Source: Candidatus Yanofskybacteria bacterium
GTDB lineage: Bacteria > Patescibacteriota > Minisyncoccia > 2-02-FULL-40-12 > GWA2-44-9
Assembly: GCA_003514055.1 (NCBI GenBank)
Contig: DOSG01000002.1
Coordinates: 13,985 to 77,984 of the forward strand
Reading direction: 5' to 3'
Length of the DNA stretch: 64,000 bases
This document shows, in pieces, positions 10,184 through 22,675 of the stretch (its first letter is position 1; every line of letters starts with the position of its first letter). The position numbers were made by a program, and so were the translations under genes. The notes under the pieces were generated by a model, which did no database searches, was not told the DNA's origin, and saw only the letters and a list, made by a program, of their open reading frames with translations.

Positions 10184-10534
10184 ATGGAAAGAACAAAAAC
10201 AGAAAAAAGAATTAGTAGGCACGCCAAGGTTAGGGCGAAAATATCCGGCACAGCAGAAAGGCCTAGGATTTCTGTTTTCAGGAGCAATCGCGGCTTGGTT
10301 GTCCAATTTATTGATGACGTCGCCAATAAAACGATATTAAGCGCAAAGACTCAAGAAGTAAAAAAGATAAAAGGTTCCAAATCTGAGAAATCTGAGAAAA
10401 TTGGAGAAGCCTTAGCCAAGAAAGCCGTGGCAGCTGGTATTAAGGAGGCGGTTTTCGATCGTGGTGGATTTCAATTTCATGGACGAGTTAAGGCTTTAGC
10501 TGAAAGCTTAAGGAAGGGTGGAATTAAATTTTAA
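10184..10534 (+). CDS. rplR: 50S ribosomal protein L18
   Basis: RPRISVFRSNRGLVVQFIDD... Confidence 0.9.
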   Translation: MERTKTEKRISRHAKVRAKISGTAERPRISVFRSNRGLVVQFIDDVANKTILSAKTQEVKKIKGSKSEKSEKIGEALAKKAVAAGIKEAVFDRGGFQFHGRVKALAESLRKGGIKF

Positions 10535-10539
10535 TAAAT

Positions 10540-11136
10540 ATGGAAAATCAGATCAACAATCCAGTAGCTGGTAATCAACCCACGGCACCAAGTCCAAGCA
10601 GGCCCGGCCAACGACCAGGTGGTTTTGGCGGCAGAAGATCTGGCCCAGGAAGAGGTGGCAGGCCAACCAATCGTGGCCCAAGACAAGATTTCGTCAAGCC
10701 AGAATATGAGCAGAAAGTTCTCGACATCGCTAGAGTTGCTAGAGTAACCAAGGGGGGTAAGAGATTTAGCTTCCGAGCAACTATCGTAATAGGCGATATG
10801 CATGGAAAGGTTGGCGTCGGGATGGCTAAAGGCAAAGACGTAGCTCAATCAGTGCAGAAGGCGTATAACCAAGCTAAAAAAGTTATGGTTTCTGTTCCAA
10901 TCGTTGGAGGAACCATCCCTTACCAAGTTGAAGCCAAGTACAATAGCGCCGTTGTGATTCTGAAGCCATCGAAAGGTGGCGTAAAGGCCGGTGGTCCTGT
11001 TCGTGTTGTTGCTAAGCTTCTAGGAATAAGCAGTCTTACTGGCAAGCTAGTCGAGAGGACGAATAATAAGGTTAATATCGCTATGGCAACTATCCAGGCC
11101 TTGGGCAAGATTAGGATTAAAGAGCTTAAGAAATAA
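10540..11136 (+). CDS. rpsE: 30S ribosomal protein S5 with Gly/Arg/Pro-rich N-terminal extension; followed directly by rplO (no L30 gene)
   Basis: S5 core VTKGGKRFSFRATIVIGD...; RGG-like N-terminus. Confidence 0.93.
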   Translation: MENQINNPVAGNQPTAPSPSRPGQRPGGFGGRRSGPGRGGRPTNRGPRQDFVKPEYEQKVLDIARVARVTKGGKRFSFRATIVIGDMHGKVGVGMAKGKDVAQSVQKAYNQAKKVMVSVPIVGGTIPYQVEAKYNSAVVILKPSKGGVKAGGPVRVVAKLLGISSLTGKLVERTNNKVNIAMATIQALGKIRIKELKK

Positions 11137-11152
11137 AATACCTGCTAATCAT

Positions 11153-11626
11153 ATGGATCTAAGCAATATAAAATCAAACACAAAGAGGAAGAGCCAAAAG
11201 AGAGTTGGCCGAGGAGGTAAGCGCGGTTTTTCTTCTGGCCATGGGACTAAAGGACAAAAAGGCCGAGCTGGAGCCAGCGTGAAGCCTGGATTTAGAGGTG
11301 GCGACAATCGACTTTGGCAGTTGTTCCCTAAAAGTAGGGGAGCCTCAAAGAAGCCTGGCAATGCTAGACCTCACATGAAGCATCGTTTCTTTATGCTCAA
11401 ACATGATAAGCCAGCGGCAATTAATCTCTACGATCTTAATAATTTGAAAGATGGGCAAGAGATTACGCCAAAGACTCTAAAAGAGCTTGGTTTGATATAT
11501 AGCGTTAAGAATGGAGTTAAAATTCTCTCTGGTGGGGATCTAAAGAAGAAACTAGTATTCAGTGGTCTGAAAATTTCTAAAATTGCGCAGGAAAAGATAT
11601 TGAAATCTGGTGGAGTAATCAAATAA
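11153..11626 (+). CDS. rplO: 50S ribosomal protein L15
   Basis: GRGGKRGFSSGHGTKGQKGRAG... Confidence 0.9.
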   Translation: MDLSNIKSNTKRKSQKRVGRGGKRGFSSGHGTKGQKGRAGASVKPGFRGGDNRLWQLFPKSRGASKKPGNARPHMKHRFFMLKHDKPAAINLYDLNNLKDGQEITPKTLKELGLIYSVKNGVKILSGGDLKKKLVFSGLKISKIAQEKILKSGGVIK

Positions 11627-11640
11627 CTTAATCACTTACC

Positions 11641-12900
11641 TTGAATAAGCTAATCCAAATATTCAAAAAAGCTGACCTAAGAAATAAGGTTCTGTATATT
11701 TTCGCTTTGCTAGTAATCTCCAGATTAGTTTCAAATATTCCTATTCCAGCGATTGACGCTCTAAAACTAAAAGAATTCTTCTCCCAAAATCAATTTTTTG
11801 GAATGTTGAGTACTTTCACGGGCGGATCTTTATCCACTCTTTCTCTGGGTATGCTCGGCCTAGGTCCCTATATCACTGGCTCCATCATCATGCAGCTATT
11901 AACTATGATATTCCCATCTCTCGAGCAAATGTATAAATATGATGGCGAAGCTGGCAGGATGAGATTCAATCAATATTCGAGATGGCTGACTGTGCCATTA
12001 GCCATACTTCAGGGCTATGGATTTTTAACTATATTTATTCGTCAGGGCGTAATAAATCCGCTCAATTTAGTCGGATGGATTTCAGCTCTAGCGTCTATTG
12101 TCGCCGGTAGCATATTTTTGATGTGGTTAGGAGAATTAATAACTGAGAAGAATCTAGGCAATGGCGTGTCTCTGCTAATTCTTGCTGGTATAGTTGCTTC
12201 TTTTCCGGCTAGCTTGAGTCAGACCCTTTTCACGTATACAGCTAGCGATCTCTTTACGTACGCAGGCTTCGTCATTGTGGCGCTATTCGTTATAGTAGGC
12301 GTTGTTTATATATCTGAGGCTCAGAGAAATATCCCCATAAACTATGCGCGTAGAGTCAGGGGGATGAGAGTCTATGGCGGAGTCTCCACATATTTGCCTA
12401 TGAGAGTTAATAACGCCGGAGTTATTCCAATTATATTCGCCTTATCGATTTTAATGATACCCGGTATGCTGGCTAATTTTCTTTCAGCATCTAACATAGC
12501 TATAGTATCTCGAATTGCTACGTTCGTGAGAGACATAGTCCAGAATCAAGCCGTGTATGATATCTCCTATTTCTTACTCGTTGTTCTGTTCACTTACTTT
12601 TATACTGCAGTTACTTTTGATCCAAAATCGATTGCCGACAATGTTCAGAAGCAGGGAGGTTATATCCCAGGAATTAGGCCGGGACCAATGACTGCTCAGT
12701 TCTTAAACCACCTACTCAACAGAGTTACTTTAGTTGGAGCCGTATTCTTAGGCGTAATTGCTGTCTTGCCTAACGTTGTAAGGGGTGCGACTGGTATATC
12801 AACTTTCGCCGTTGGCGGAACGTCAATACTAATTGTCGTCTCGGTGGCGCTGGAAATTATGAAGCAGGTAGATGCTCAATTGTCGATGTACGAATACTAA
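11641..12900 (+). CDS. secY: Preprotein translocase SecY (apparent TTG start)
   Basis: 10 TM, SecY family; codon at 11641 is ttg. Confidence 0.92.
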   Translation: MNKLIQIFKKADLRNKVLYIFALLVISRLVSNIPIPAIDALKLKEFFSQNQFFGMLSTFTGGSLSTLSLGMLGLGPYITGSIIMQLLTMIFPSLEQMYKYDGEAGRMRFNQYSRWLTVPLAILQGYGFLTIFIRQGVINPLNLVGWISALASIVAGSIFLMWLGELITEKNLGNGVSLLILAGIVASFPASLSQTLFTYTASDLFTYAGFVIVALFVIVGVVYISEAQRNIPINYARRVRGMRVYGGVSTYLPMRVNNAGVIPIIFALSILMIPGMLANFLSASNIAIVSRIATFVRDIVQNQAVYDISYFLLVVLFTYFYTAVTFDPKSIADNVQKQGGYIPGIRPGPMTAQFLNHLLNRVTLVGAVFLGVIAVLPNVVRGATGISTFAVGGTSILIVVSVALEIMKQVDAQLSMYEY

Positions 12901-12914
12901 TTGTTAAATAAAAA

Positions 12915-12945
12915 TACCGCCCCAGCTGGGGCGGTATTTTTATTT
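12915..12945 (+). terminator. Rho-independent terminator after secY
   Basis: taccgcccc-agct-ggggcggta followed by tttttattt. Confidence 0.85.
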
Positions 12946-12977
12946 GTGGGCTATTTAAAAAATGTTATTATTCAGGC

Positions 12978-13667
12978 ATGGAAAGTCACCCTAGAAAGAA
13001 AGCGGTTATATTGATTGGTGCTCCTGGATCTGGCAAGGGCACTCAGGCCGAGATCTTGGCTAAGAAATTCAATCTCTTTCACTTGCAAACGTCTAGATTG
13101 ATTGAGCCAATCATAAATAATCAAGAACTCGTAAAAAATGATCCCGAGACTGCCGAGGTTAAGAGACTGTGGGATGCGGGGGAGCTTGTCCCTTTCACTT
13201 GGGTTGTGAAAATAATGTTTAATAAAATTGAGGAGGTAGATAGCGGCCCGATGGAGGGCATAGTATTTGACGGATCTCCACGTACAATTGACGAAGCTAG
13301 GCTGGAGATACCGCTACTTAACGAGATATTTAATCAAGATCAAGTTAAGATATTTTACATTAGGCTTGGGCCCGAAGAATCATTTAAGAGAAACAGCCGC
13401 CGGAGAATCTGCGAAGCTAATCAGCACCCAATACCGAATTTTGAAGAATTTAAGGATGTGGCGGTTTGCCCCCAAGATGGTAGTAGGCTGATTGTGCGCT
13501 CCCTTGATGATCCGGAAGTAATTAGAGAGAGGTATAAAGTTTTCCTAAGAAGAACTGAGCCTATTATCGGATATCTAAAAGAAACTGGCTATAAGGTATT
13601 TGAGATTAATGGTGAGCAATCGATAGATAAGGTCACGCAGGATATTTTATACGAGTTATCAAAATGA
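12978..13667 (+). CDS. adk: Adenylate kinase
   Basis: ILIGAPGSGKGTQA P-loop; adk follows secY as in spc operon. Confidence 0.93.
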   Translation: MESHPRKKAVILIGAPGSGKGTQAEILAKKFNLFHLQTSRLIEPIINNQELVKNDPETAEVKRLWDAGELVPFTWVVKIMFNKIEEVDSGPMEGIVFDGSPRTIDEARLEIPLLNEIFNQDQVKIFYIRLGPEESFKRNSRRRICEANQHPIPNFEEFKDVAVCPQDGSRLIVRSLDDPEVIRERYKVFLRRTEPIIGYLKETGYKVFEINGEQSIDKVTQDILYELSK

Positions 13668-14410
13668 ATTTAAAGACTGAAAAAGAAATTAAGACTATGA
13701 AGGAAGGCGGAGAAATTCTATCCGCAATTTTACGCAAGCTATCAGAGGCCGCAAAGCCGGGGATAGCCACTTATGAGTTAGAAGAACTTGCACGGAGCCT
13801 GGTTTCTTCGTATAAAGTGAAATCATCTTTCTTGGGATTTGATGGTTATCCATGTGCCCTGTGCGTATCTATTAATGAAGAGATAGTCCACGGCGTGCCA
13901 TCAGACAGAATAATCATGGATGGTGATCTAGTTAAGATAGACATGGGCGTACTGCATAATGGATTCCACACTGATTCGGCGACTACAGTATTGATGCCCG
14001 GAGGCAAGGATCGAGATATAAAAGAGAGATTGATGAATGTCACGAAAGAAGCTCTAAGGATAGGCATATCTAAAGCCACAGTCGGAAGCACTCTTGGTGA
14101 TCTTGGCCATGCGATCCAGAAGTACGTCGAGGATAGCGGCTTTAATGTTGTACGTGACCTAATTGGGCATGGCATCGGCAGAGAATTACATGAGGATCCT
14201 CAGGTTCCCAACTATGGCAAGCCAGGCATGGGTCCGAAGTTAGTGGCGGGGATGGTCATCGCCATAGAGCCGATGGTGGTCACGGGTAGCTGGAAAATAG
14301 CCGATGGGGACGACGGATTTGCCTATAAAACCAAGGATTTAAGCCTATCTGCTCATTTTGAGCATACTGTAGCCATAACCGAAGAGGGGCCATTGACAAT
14401 AACTTCGTAA
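13664..14410 (+). CDS. map: Methionine aminopeptidase type I
   Basis: Pita-bread fold motifs, HGIGRELHEDP. Confidence 0.93.
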   Translation: MNLKTEKEIKTMKEGGEILSAILRKLSEAAKPGIATYELEELARSLVSSYKVKSSFLGFDGYPCALCVSINEEIVHGVPSDRIIMDGDLVKIDMGVLHNGFHTDSATTVLMPGGKDRDIKERLMNVTKEALRIGISKATVGSTLGDLGHAIQKYVEDSGFNVVRDLIGHGIGRELHEDPQVPNYGKPGMGPKLVAGMVIAIEPMVVTGSWKIADGDDGFAYKTKDLSLSAHFEHTVAITEEGPLTITS

Positions 14411-14447
14411 TATGAGATAATTATGTAGGAATTATCTAATTATCTGC

Positions 14448-15497
14448 ATGATTAAATGGCCATTCGGTATAACTGAATATCTTAAGGACTTCTTTATTCC
14501 TTCTAAGAACAACAACTATCAGCCCAAAAGTCTGGGCAATAGGAGTTTTTTCATAATCCTTTCGATACTTGTAGCGATAAAGCTCCTAAGCATTTTTTCT
14601 TTTTATGAATTTCTTGGTGCCGATATTTTTAATCAGGTTTCTCAATCTGACCTATTGGCGCTAACCAATGATGTAAGGAGAGACAACGGGGTCCCAGTAT
14701 TAAATCAGAGCGTGGCCCTAAATGCCTCGGCTCAGATGAAGTTGGCAGACATGTTCGATAAAAATTATTTTGCGCACGAGTCCCCAAGCAATATTTCTCC
14801 TTGGAATTGGTTTGATCGAGCTAAATACAGTTATTCTATCGCGGGTGAGAATCTGGCTATGAACTTCGTTTCTACTAATGAAGTTGTTAAGGCTTGGATT
14901 AATTCAGGATCTCATAAGAAAAATTTACTATACAAAGATTTTGTTGATACTGGTATAGCCGTTGGTTCTGGCAAGATTAATGGGCAGAATACTATAGTCG
15001 TAGTTCAGCATTTCGGCAAGCCATTAGTCCAGCCTAAGTCGGCTAGTGTAGTTTCTGAACCGAGACCAATTGTTAAAGCTAGTACGGCGGCCGTAAGTCC
15101 CAAACCCAAGGCCAAGCCGACAGTAAGTTCGACGCCAGAACCGGTTAAAAAGATTAGTCCGATATCTTTGCTAATGGCTCCCGGCGGACAAGTAAAAGAT
15201 GTCATTACGACGATCAGCAGTGATGAGAACAACCAAGAGAAGGACCCAGCTTATGGGGCTTATTACTCGAACGTAGCGTTAAATGATGCTTTGATCGCTG
15301 GAGCGCTGTTGGCTGCCCTGATCCTAATCCTCAAAATTTTTGTTGTCATAAAGGTCCAGTATCCACGGCTAATACTTAGGGGAATCCTCCTGCTGGTAAT
15401 TAGTCTTGCTCTCATATATTTCAAGGATTATAGATTCTTGCAGGGCAATATAATTATCAGTACTGGGAACACGGCCTCAATACAAAATCAAAAATAA
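14448..15497 (+). CDS. Membrane-anchored CAP/SCP/PR-1 (YkwD-like) domain protein with Pro/Ser/Lys linker and C-terminal TM
   Basis: CAP motifs ...AHESP...GENLA...W..S..H..N.L; N- and C-terminal hydrophobic helices. Confidence 0.7.
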   Translation: MIKWPFGITEYLKDFFIPSKNNNYQPKSLGNRSFFIILSILVAIKLLSIFSFYEFLGADIFNQVSQSDLLALTNDVRRDNGVPVLNQSVALNASAQMKLADMFDKNYFAHESPSNISPWNWFDRAKYSYSIAGENLAMNFVSTNEVVKAWINSGSHKKNLLYKDFVDTGIAVGSGKINGQNTIVVVQHFGKPLVQPKSASVVSEPRPIVKASTAAVSPKPKAKPTVSSTPEPVKKISPISLLMAPGGQVKDVITTISSDENNQEKDPAYGAYYSNVALNDALIAGALLAALILILKIFVVIKVQYPRLILRGILLLVISLALIYFKDYRFLQGNIIISTGNTASIQNQK

Positions 15498-15501
15498 TAA
15501 A

Positions 15502-16368
15502 ATGAGAAGCTTATTTTTTATAAAAAAGAATAGTGCTGTAATCAAGACTTCAAATCCGGAGCCGGGGTTTTATGCTTCCCTGGAAGAGGTGAAAGAAGTT
15601 CCGACTACATATAACCGCGTGATAAGATTACTCGGTGTCTTTGCTGTGGCTTTCTTGGTAATCGTGTTGATAGCTAATATTGGAAATATCTTTGGTATCG
15701 CTAACGATTCGGTCAATCCAAAGCTAACCGAAGAAGAGAAGAATGCTCAGATGACAGAATTTTATAGGAAAACCTATGGCTATGGATCGGGCTATCCGGA
15801 TGATGGTTTTGGTGGATCAAATGTACCAGAGCTGAGCGCTTATCCAACTAATGGAAGTGTGGCTGGAGACATAGATTTCATCCCCGCTAACAATAATAGT
15901 CAAGCACAAACAAATAATTCGGCAGCCTCAATCGGGAGCTCCGTACAAGCAATTTCTTCTAACTATGTTTACATCCCCAAGTTAGGAATAAAGGTACCGC
16001 TGGTGATATCGAGCAAAACAGATTCAAAATCTCTACTCGCGGAATTGAATAAAGGCGTTTTAGTATATCCTCAATCGTCTATCCCGGGCGACGGGGGCAT
16101 GACGGTTATCGTTGGGCACTCTTCTTCTAATACTTTAGGAGCTAAATATGGACGAGTTTTCTCTGGTCTATCTAAACTAAGCGGGGGAGATCAGATATTC
16201 ATCAATTTCAATGGAAAAGATTATACATACAATGTAGAGATAAAGAAGACGGGCACAGTAGAAGAGCTTGCCAATCTCGGGATAAACAATGACTTGGTGC
16301 TGGCTACCTGCTGGCCAATCGGGACCGATAGGAACAGGATAATAATAGGTGCTAATTTACAGAGGTAG
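15502..16368 (+). CDS. Sortase-family transpeptidase
   Basis: N-terminal TM; catalytic His (TVIVGHSS), Cys (LVLATCWP) and Arg (TDRNRIIIGA). Confidence 0.75.
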   Translation: MRSLFFIKKNSAVIKTSNPEPGFYASLEEVKEVPTTYNRVIRLLGVFAVAFLVIVLIANIGNIFGIANDSVNPKLTEEEKNAQMTEFYRKTYGYGSGYPDDGFGGSNVPELSAYPTNGSVAGDIDFIPANNNSQAQTNNSAASIGSSVQAISSNYVYIPKLGIKVPLVISSKTDSKSLLAELNKGVLVYPQSSIPGDGGMTVIVGHSSSNTLGAKYGRVFSGLSKLSGGDQIFINFNGKDYTYNVEIKKTGTVEELANLGINNDLVLATCWPIGTDRNRIIIGANLQR

Positions 16369-16420
16369 GCGGGAAAGGTAGTTGACACGATTAAAATAAA
16401 ATGACATAATATAAAATAAC

Positions 16421-18361
<1,941 letters not shown>

Positions 18362-18377
18362 AAAATGACGGCAGTGT

Positions 18378-18420
18378 CCTACAAAAATACGACCCATACG
18401 GGTCGTATTTTTGTAGGCTT
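18378..18420 (+). terminator. Rho-independent terminator (18-bp perfect stem) after surface-protein gene
   Basis: cctacaaaaatacgaccc-atac-gggtcgtatttttgtagg. Confidence 0.8.
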
Positions 18421-18507
18421 AGCAGGGGCCCAACGATCTATATTCAACACAGAGGCTCGAAGTAAAAGCTGGCAAAATTGGCCATTCAGGCGTTATCGGG
18501 AAAGGTG

Positions 18508-18537
18508 TTGACTTGTGTACAAGCTATCTGATATAAT
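18508..18537 (+). promoter_or_regulatory. Sigma70-type promoter for the 23S-5S unit (TTGACT, 18-nt spacer, TATAAT), followed by boxA-like tgctctaatca at about 18612
   Basis: ttgacttgtgtacaagctatctgatataat read directly, about 480 nt upstream of 23S 5' end. Confidence 0.55.
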
Positions 18538-19014
18538 GCCTGTACTTAAATATATGGATAAATCACTACAACTTCTGGTCAAAAGCGGCTGATTGGTCTA
18601 GTGTATTTTTATGCTCTAATCAGAAGCCGCTCGGAAGCGGTAATTTTTTTAAGAGTTTATCTAGACGAGTATCGCGAGTATGGTAATTAAACTCTTACCC
18701 CGCATCCGTAGGCGTAAATGTGTGGTAGAGATAAGTGGATGCAGATAGTATTCGTAGGGATTAAAAATTATACCTTGGCTAGTGGATGGCGGGGTGATCA
18801 AAAGATTGGCTCTCGACGATAGGCCACTAGGCGGCTCTTCGCTGACAGCTAATGAAAGAAGCTTGAAAATTTGTTAGTACGCTTTAGTAGAACGAATTGG
18901 ATATTTGTTTTACTAAAAGCGGGAAAATGCATTAAGTAAAGAAATCACACTGATAGTTACTCATTTGTAGTTAGTAAGAAGAAATATTTATCTAATTTTT
19001 GTAAATCAAAATTT

Positions 19015-22000
19015 AGACGGATATAAGGGCGTATGGAGGATGCCTAGACACTAGAAGGCGATGAAGGTCGTGGCGTGACTGCGATAAACTTCGGGGAGCC
19101 GTCGAGCGGGCTTTGATCCGGAGGTAACCGAATGGGGCAACCCAATATGACAAACTCATATTATCTCGCGTAAGCGAGATGCGTACCTGGGGAAGTGAAA
19201 CATCTCAGTACCCAGAGGAAAAGAGAACGAAGTTATCCCCTTAGTAGCGGCGAGCGAAAAGGGAACAGCCTAAACCGATTTCATAATTTATTATGTCGTC
19301 GGGGTAATAGGGATAGTACAACTAAAAATTTGAATTTCGGTCTTCTTGATCGAGATTCAAGTTTTTAAAAGAAGTTACAAATTCGTGCGTTAGCAGAATG
19401 GCCCTGGAATGGCCAACCAAAGAAGGTGACAGTCCTGTAAGCGAAAACAAACGAACTTCTGTATTATTTCCTGAGTAGCCCGGGATAAGGATGTCCTGGG
19501 TGAATTTGTCCATACTACTGGATAAGGCTAAATACTTCTAGTGATCGATAGTGAACCAGTACCGTGAGGGAAAGGTGAAAAGCACCCCGATGAGGGGAGT
19601 GAAATAGCAACTGAAACCATATGCCTACAAAGAGCAGGAGCCGTACTTTGCACAGAGATCCTAAGTCCTAAACGAATTGGAAAATTGTTTAGAGTTTGGA
19701 AATTAGAATTTAGAGTTTCCGTGCAGGGTGCGGTGACTGTGTGCCTATTGAAGAATGACCCAACGAGTTTATTTAAATTACACTCTAAGTCCTTATGGGA
19801 CGAAGGGGAAGGGAAACCGAGTGTTAATAGCGCGTCATCCAACTTAAATTTTTGGACTACGTAAGTTCAAAAATTTAAGTTGGATATGTAGTTTGAGTAA
19901 GACCCGAAGCCAGGCGAGCTAACCATGACCAGGATGAAGGTTACCGAAAGGTAACTGGAGGTCCGAACCAGTTGGTAGCGCAATACCATTGGATGAGTTG
20001 TGGTTCGTAGTGAAAAGCTTATCGAGCTTGGTAATAGCTGGTTCTCTCCGAAATGCCTTTAGGGGCAGCGTTGCACAGTAGCAGAGGGGGTAGAGCACTG
20101 AATGGTAATCCGTGCCCTTTTGGGTAGGACTACCAAACAAACTCCGAATACCTTTGTGGAATGTGCGGCAGTGAGTAAGCGGGGGCAAAGCTTCGTTTAC
20201 GCAAGGGAAACAGCCCAGATCACCGCTTAAGGTCCCAAAATTTAGACTAAGTGAAAAGGAAGTGTTTTGCCTTAGACAGGTAGGAGGTTGGCTTAGAAGC
20301 AGCCATCCTTTAAAGAGTGCGTAATAGCTCACTATTCGATCTCATCGCAAGATGAGGAGGCAAAGTGCGCCGAAAATTTATAGGGGCTAAGTCTAATACC
20401 GAAAGCGTGGGTTCGGTGATTTCATAAAGGAAAGTTGTGGACAGAGATAGTTCAAGGGAAGAACATCTGGCCTCATAAGCCAGAGATACGTGGCTCAACT
20501 CCACGGCTCTGTCCCATAAGTCGGGCGGGAACGACAATCAATTTCATACAGAACCTGTCTGCCAGACACAGCGGGTTCCACGATTGTTGTTTTCGTCCGA
20601 CAACCTTTCATCTCGTTCTTCGAGATGTCCTTTATGAAACCACCGAGCGGTAGGAGAGCATTCTGATCTGCTGTGAAGGTTCGCTGTGAAGCGGGCTGGA
20701 GCGGTCAGAAGGGAAAATGTTGGGATGAGTAACCGCAAGACCGGTTAAAGTCCGGTCCGTCGTAAGCCTAAGGTTTCCTCCGCGATGGCAATCATCGGAG
20801 GGTTAGGCGTCCCTAAGGATAACCGTGCTTTCGAGCGCGGGATGCCGATGGTGAGCCGGTTAATATTCCGGCCCCACTTATGTATATCTGATTGAGATGA
20901 CGGGCAACACAAGATCAAGCACATTATTGGATTTGATGTTTTCCACCCATAGACTTTCTACCAGGAAAATCCGGTAGAGGCCGCAAGGCAATGTCGAGGG
21001 TAGAAGAAATCGTCGCAAGACGAGATTTGATCGAAGAGGGCTCCAAGAAAAGTCTCTAATGTTAGTACATGAGTGCACGTACCTAAAACCGAAACAGGTG
21101 GGCTGGTGTAAGTGCACCAAGACGAACGGGTGATTATTGGTTAAGGAACTCGGCAAAAAAGCGGCCGTAAGTTCGCGATAAGGCCTGCCGCCGCAAGGCG
21201 GCCACAGCTAAAGAACCCCTGGCGACTGTTTATCAAAAACACAACTCCGTGCTAAGCCGAAAGGCGCTGTATACGGGGTGACGCTTGTCCGGTGCCGGAA
21301 CGTTAACGGTGGAGGTGGTATGTCGCAAGATGTACTGCTGACGCCCGAAGCGCCGGTGAACGACGGCAGTAACTATAACTGTCTAAAAGTAGCAAAATAC
21401 CTTGTGGGGTAAGTTCCCACGCGCATGAATAGCGGAACGACTGGGGGACTGTCTCAACCAATAGCCCGGTGAAAATGCAATGTCGGTAAAGATGCCGACT
21501 TCCCGCGCCAAGACGGAAAGACCCCGGAAGCTTCACTGCAGCTTGGTATTGGTCTACGAGTTGTTATACGTAGCGTAGTGAGTAGGATTTGAAGCCACAC
21601 TCTCGGGTGTGGTGGATCCGCCAATGAAACACTCATTTTAACGATTTGTAGCTCTAACCGGTAACACCCTAAAAGGGTGGGACAATAAAAGCTAAAGTAA
21701 GCTCCTGGTGATAGATTTATTACTGAGAATTTTAGTAATCAATCTTATGGAGTTATTTTAGATTTTATCAATGTCTTACTTTTCTAGGGTGTTATCGAGA
21801 CAGTGCCTGGCGGGCAGTTTAAGTGGGGCACTTTCCTCCCAAAAAGTAATGGAGGAGTTCATCAAGGTTGGCTAGCTCCGGATGGAAATCGGAGCGATAG
21901 TGTAAAGGCACAAGCCAGCTTTACTGCAAGGCGGATATGCCGCGCAGTTGCGAAAGCAGGACCTAGTGAACCGACTCTAACTCGTAGGAGTGGAGAAGAT

Positions 22001-22456
22001 CATCAGATAAAAGCTACTCCGGGGATAACAGGCTGGTACTGCCCGAGCGTTCACAGCGACGGCAGTGTTCGGCACCTCGATGTCGGCTCGCCCTATCCTG
22101 GGACTGAAGAAGGCCCCAAGGGTTTGGCTGTTCGCCAATTAAAAGGGTACGCGAGCTGGGTTCAAACCGTCGTGAGACAGGTTGGTCCATATCTGGCGTG
22201 GGCGTTGAATATTTGAGAGGGGTTGTCCCTAGTACGAGAGGACCGGGACGAACAAACCTCTGGTGAACCAGCTGTTCTGCCAAGAGCATCGCTGGATAGC
22301 TATGTTTGGTTCTGATAAGCGCTGAAAGCATATAAGCGCGAAGCAGGCCTCAAGATGAGATATTCTGGATCCCTTGTAGACTACAAGGTTGATAGGACTC
22401 AGGTGTAAGCACAGCGATGTGTTCAGCCGAGAGTTACTAATTGATCCTCATCCGTC
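19015..22456 (+). rRNA. rrl: 23S ribosomal RNA (about 3.4 kb; includes expansion insertions at about 20430-20650 and 21680-21790)
   Basis: Conserved 23S segments: ggatgcct...gaaggtcgtg; ggggaagtgaaacatctcagtacc; gtgaaccagtaccgtgagggaaaggtgaaaag; agacggaaagaccccg; ggggataacaggctg; cacctcgatgtcggctc; tagtacgagaggaccgg. Confidence 0.92.
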
Positions 22457-22547
22457 TAAATTTTGCTTAGCAAGATTTAGATATTTCTTCTGTAACTGTT
22501 AGTGTAATCACTTAATGTTTTTTGATAGAGTAGTTGGGAGTATCGAT

Positions 22548-22628
22548 TTTTCGAGTGCGGGCTGTATTTTCCTGATGGAAAATCACCCTCTCGCTCGGCG
22601 CCGTCGCGCCTGCGCGGGCCTCTCAAAA
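22548..22628 (+). repeat. Copy A of an ~80-nt structured intergenic repeat family, inside the 23S-5S spacer
   Basis: tttcgagtgcgggctgtattttcctgatggaaaatcaccctctcgctcggcgccgtcgcgcctgcgcgggcctctcaaaa; matches copies at 44.1, 50.9 and 52.7 kb. Confidence 0.75.
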
Positions 22629-22675
22629 CCGACACTCCCAGCTACTCTGGTAGTGTCAGAAAGATCGTGTTTAGT

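Noticed and set aside
20430-20650. Insertion in 23S considered as a group I/II intron or homing-endonuclease locus
   Set aside because: It has no ORF and does not sit at a classical intron insertion position in domains IV/V. It has local hairpins only, so it is treated as an expansion segment. Confirmation needs RNA data.
19322-22331. Multiple 60-137-aa ORFs on both strands between 19.3 and 22.3 kb
   Set aside because: They lie inside the 23S rRNA gene. Conserved rRNA sequence blocks explain the region, so the ORFs are spurious.
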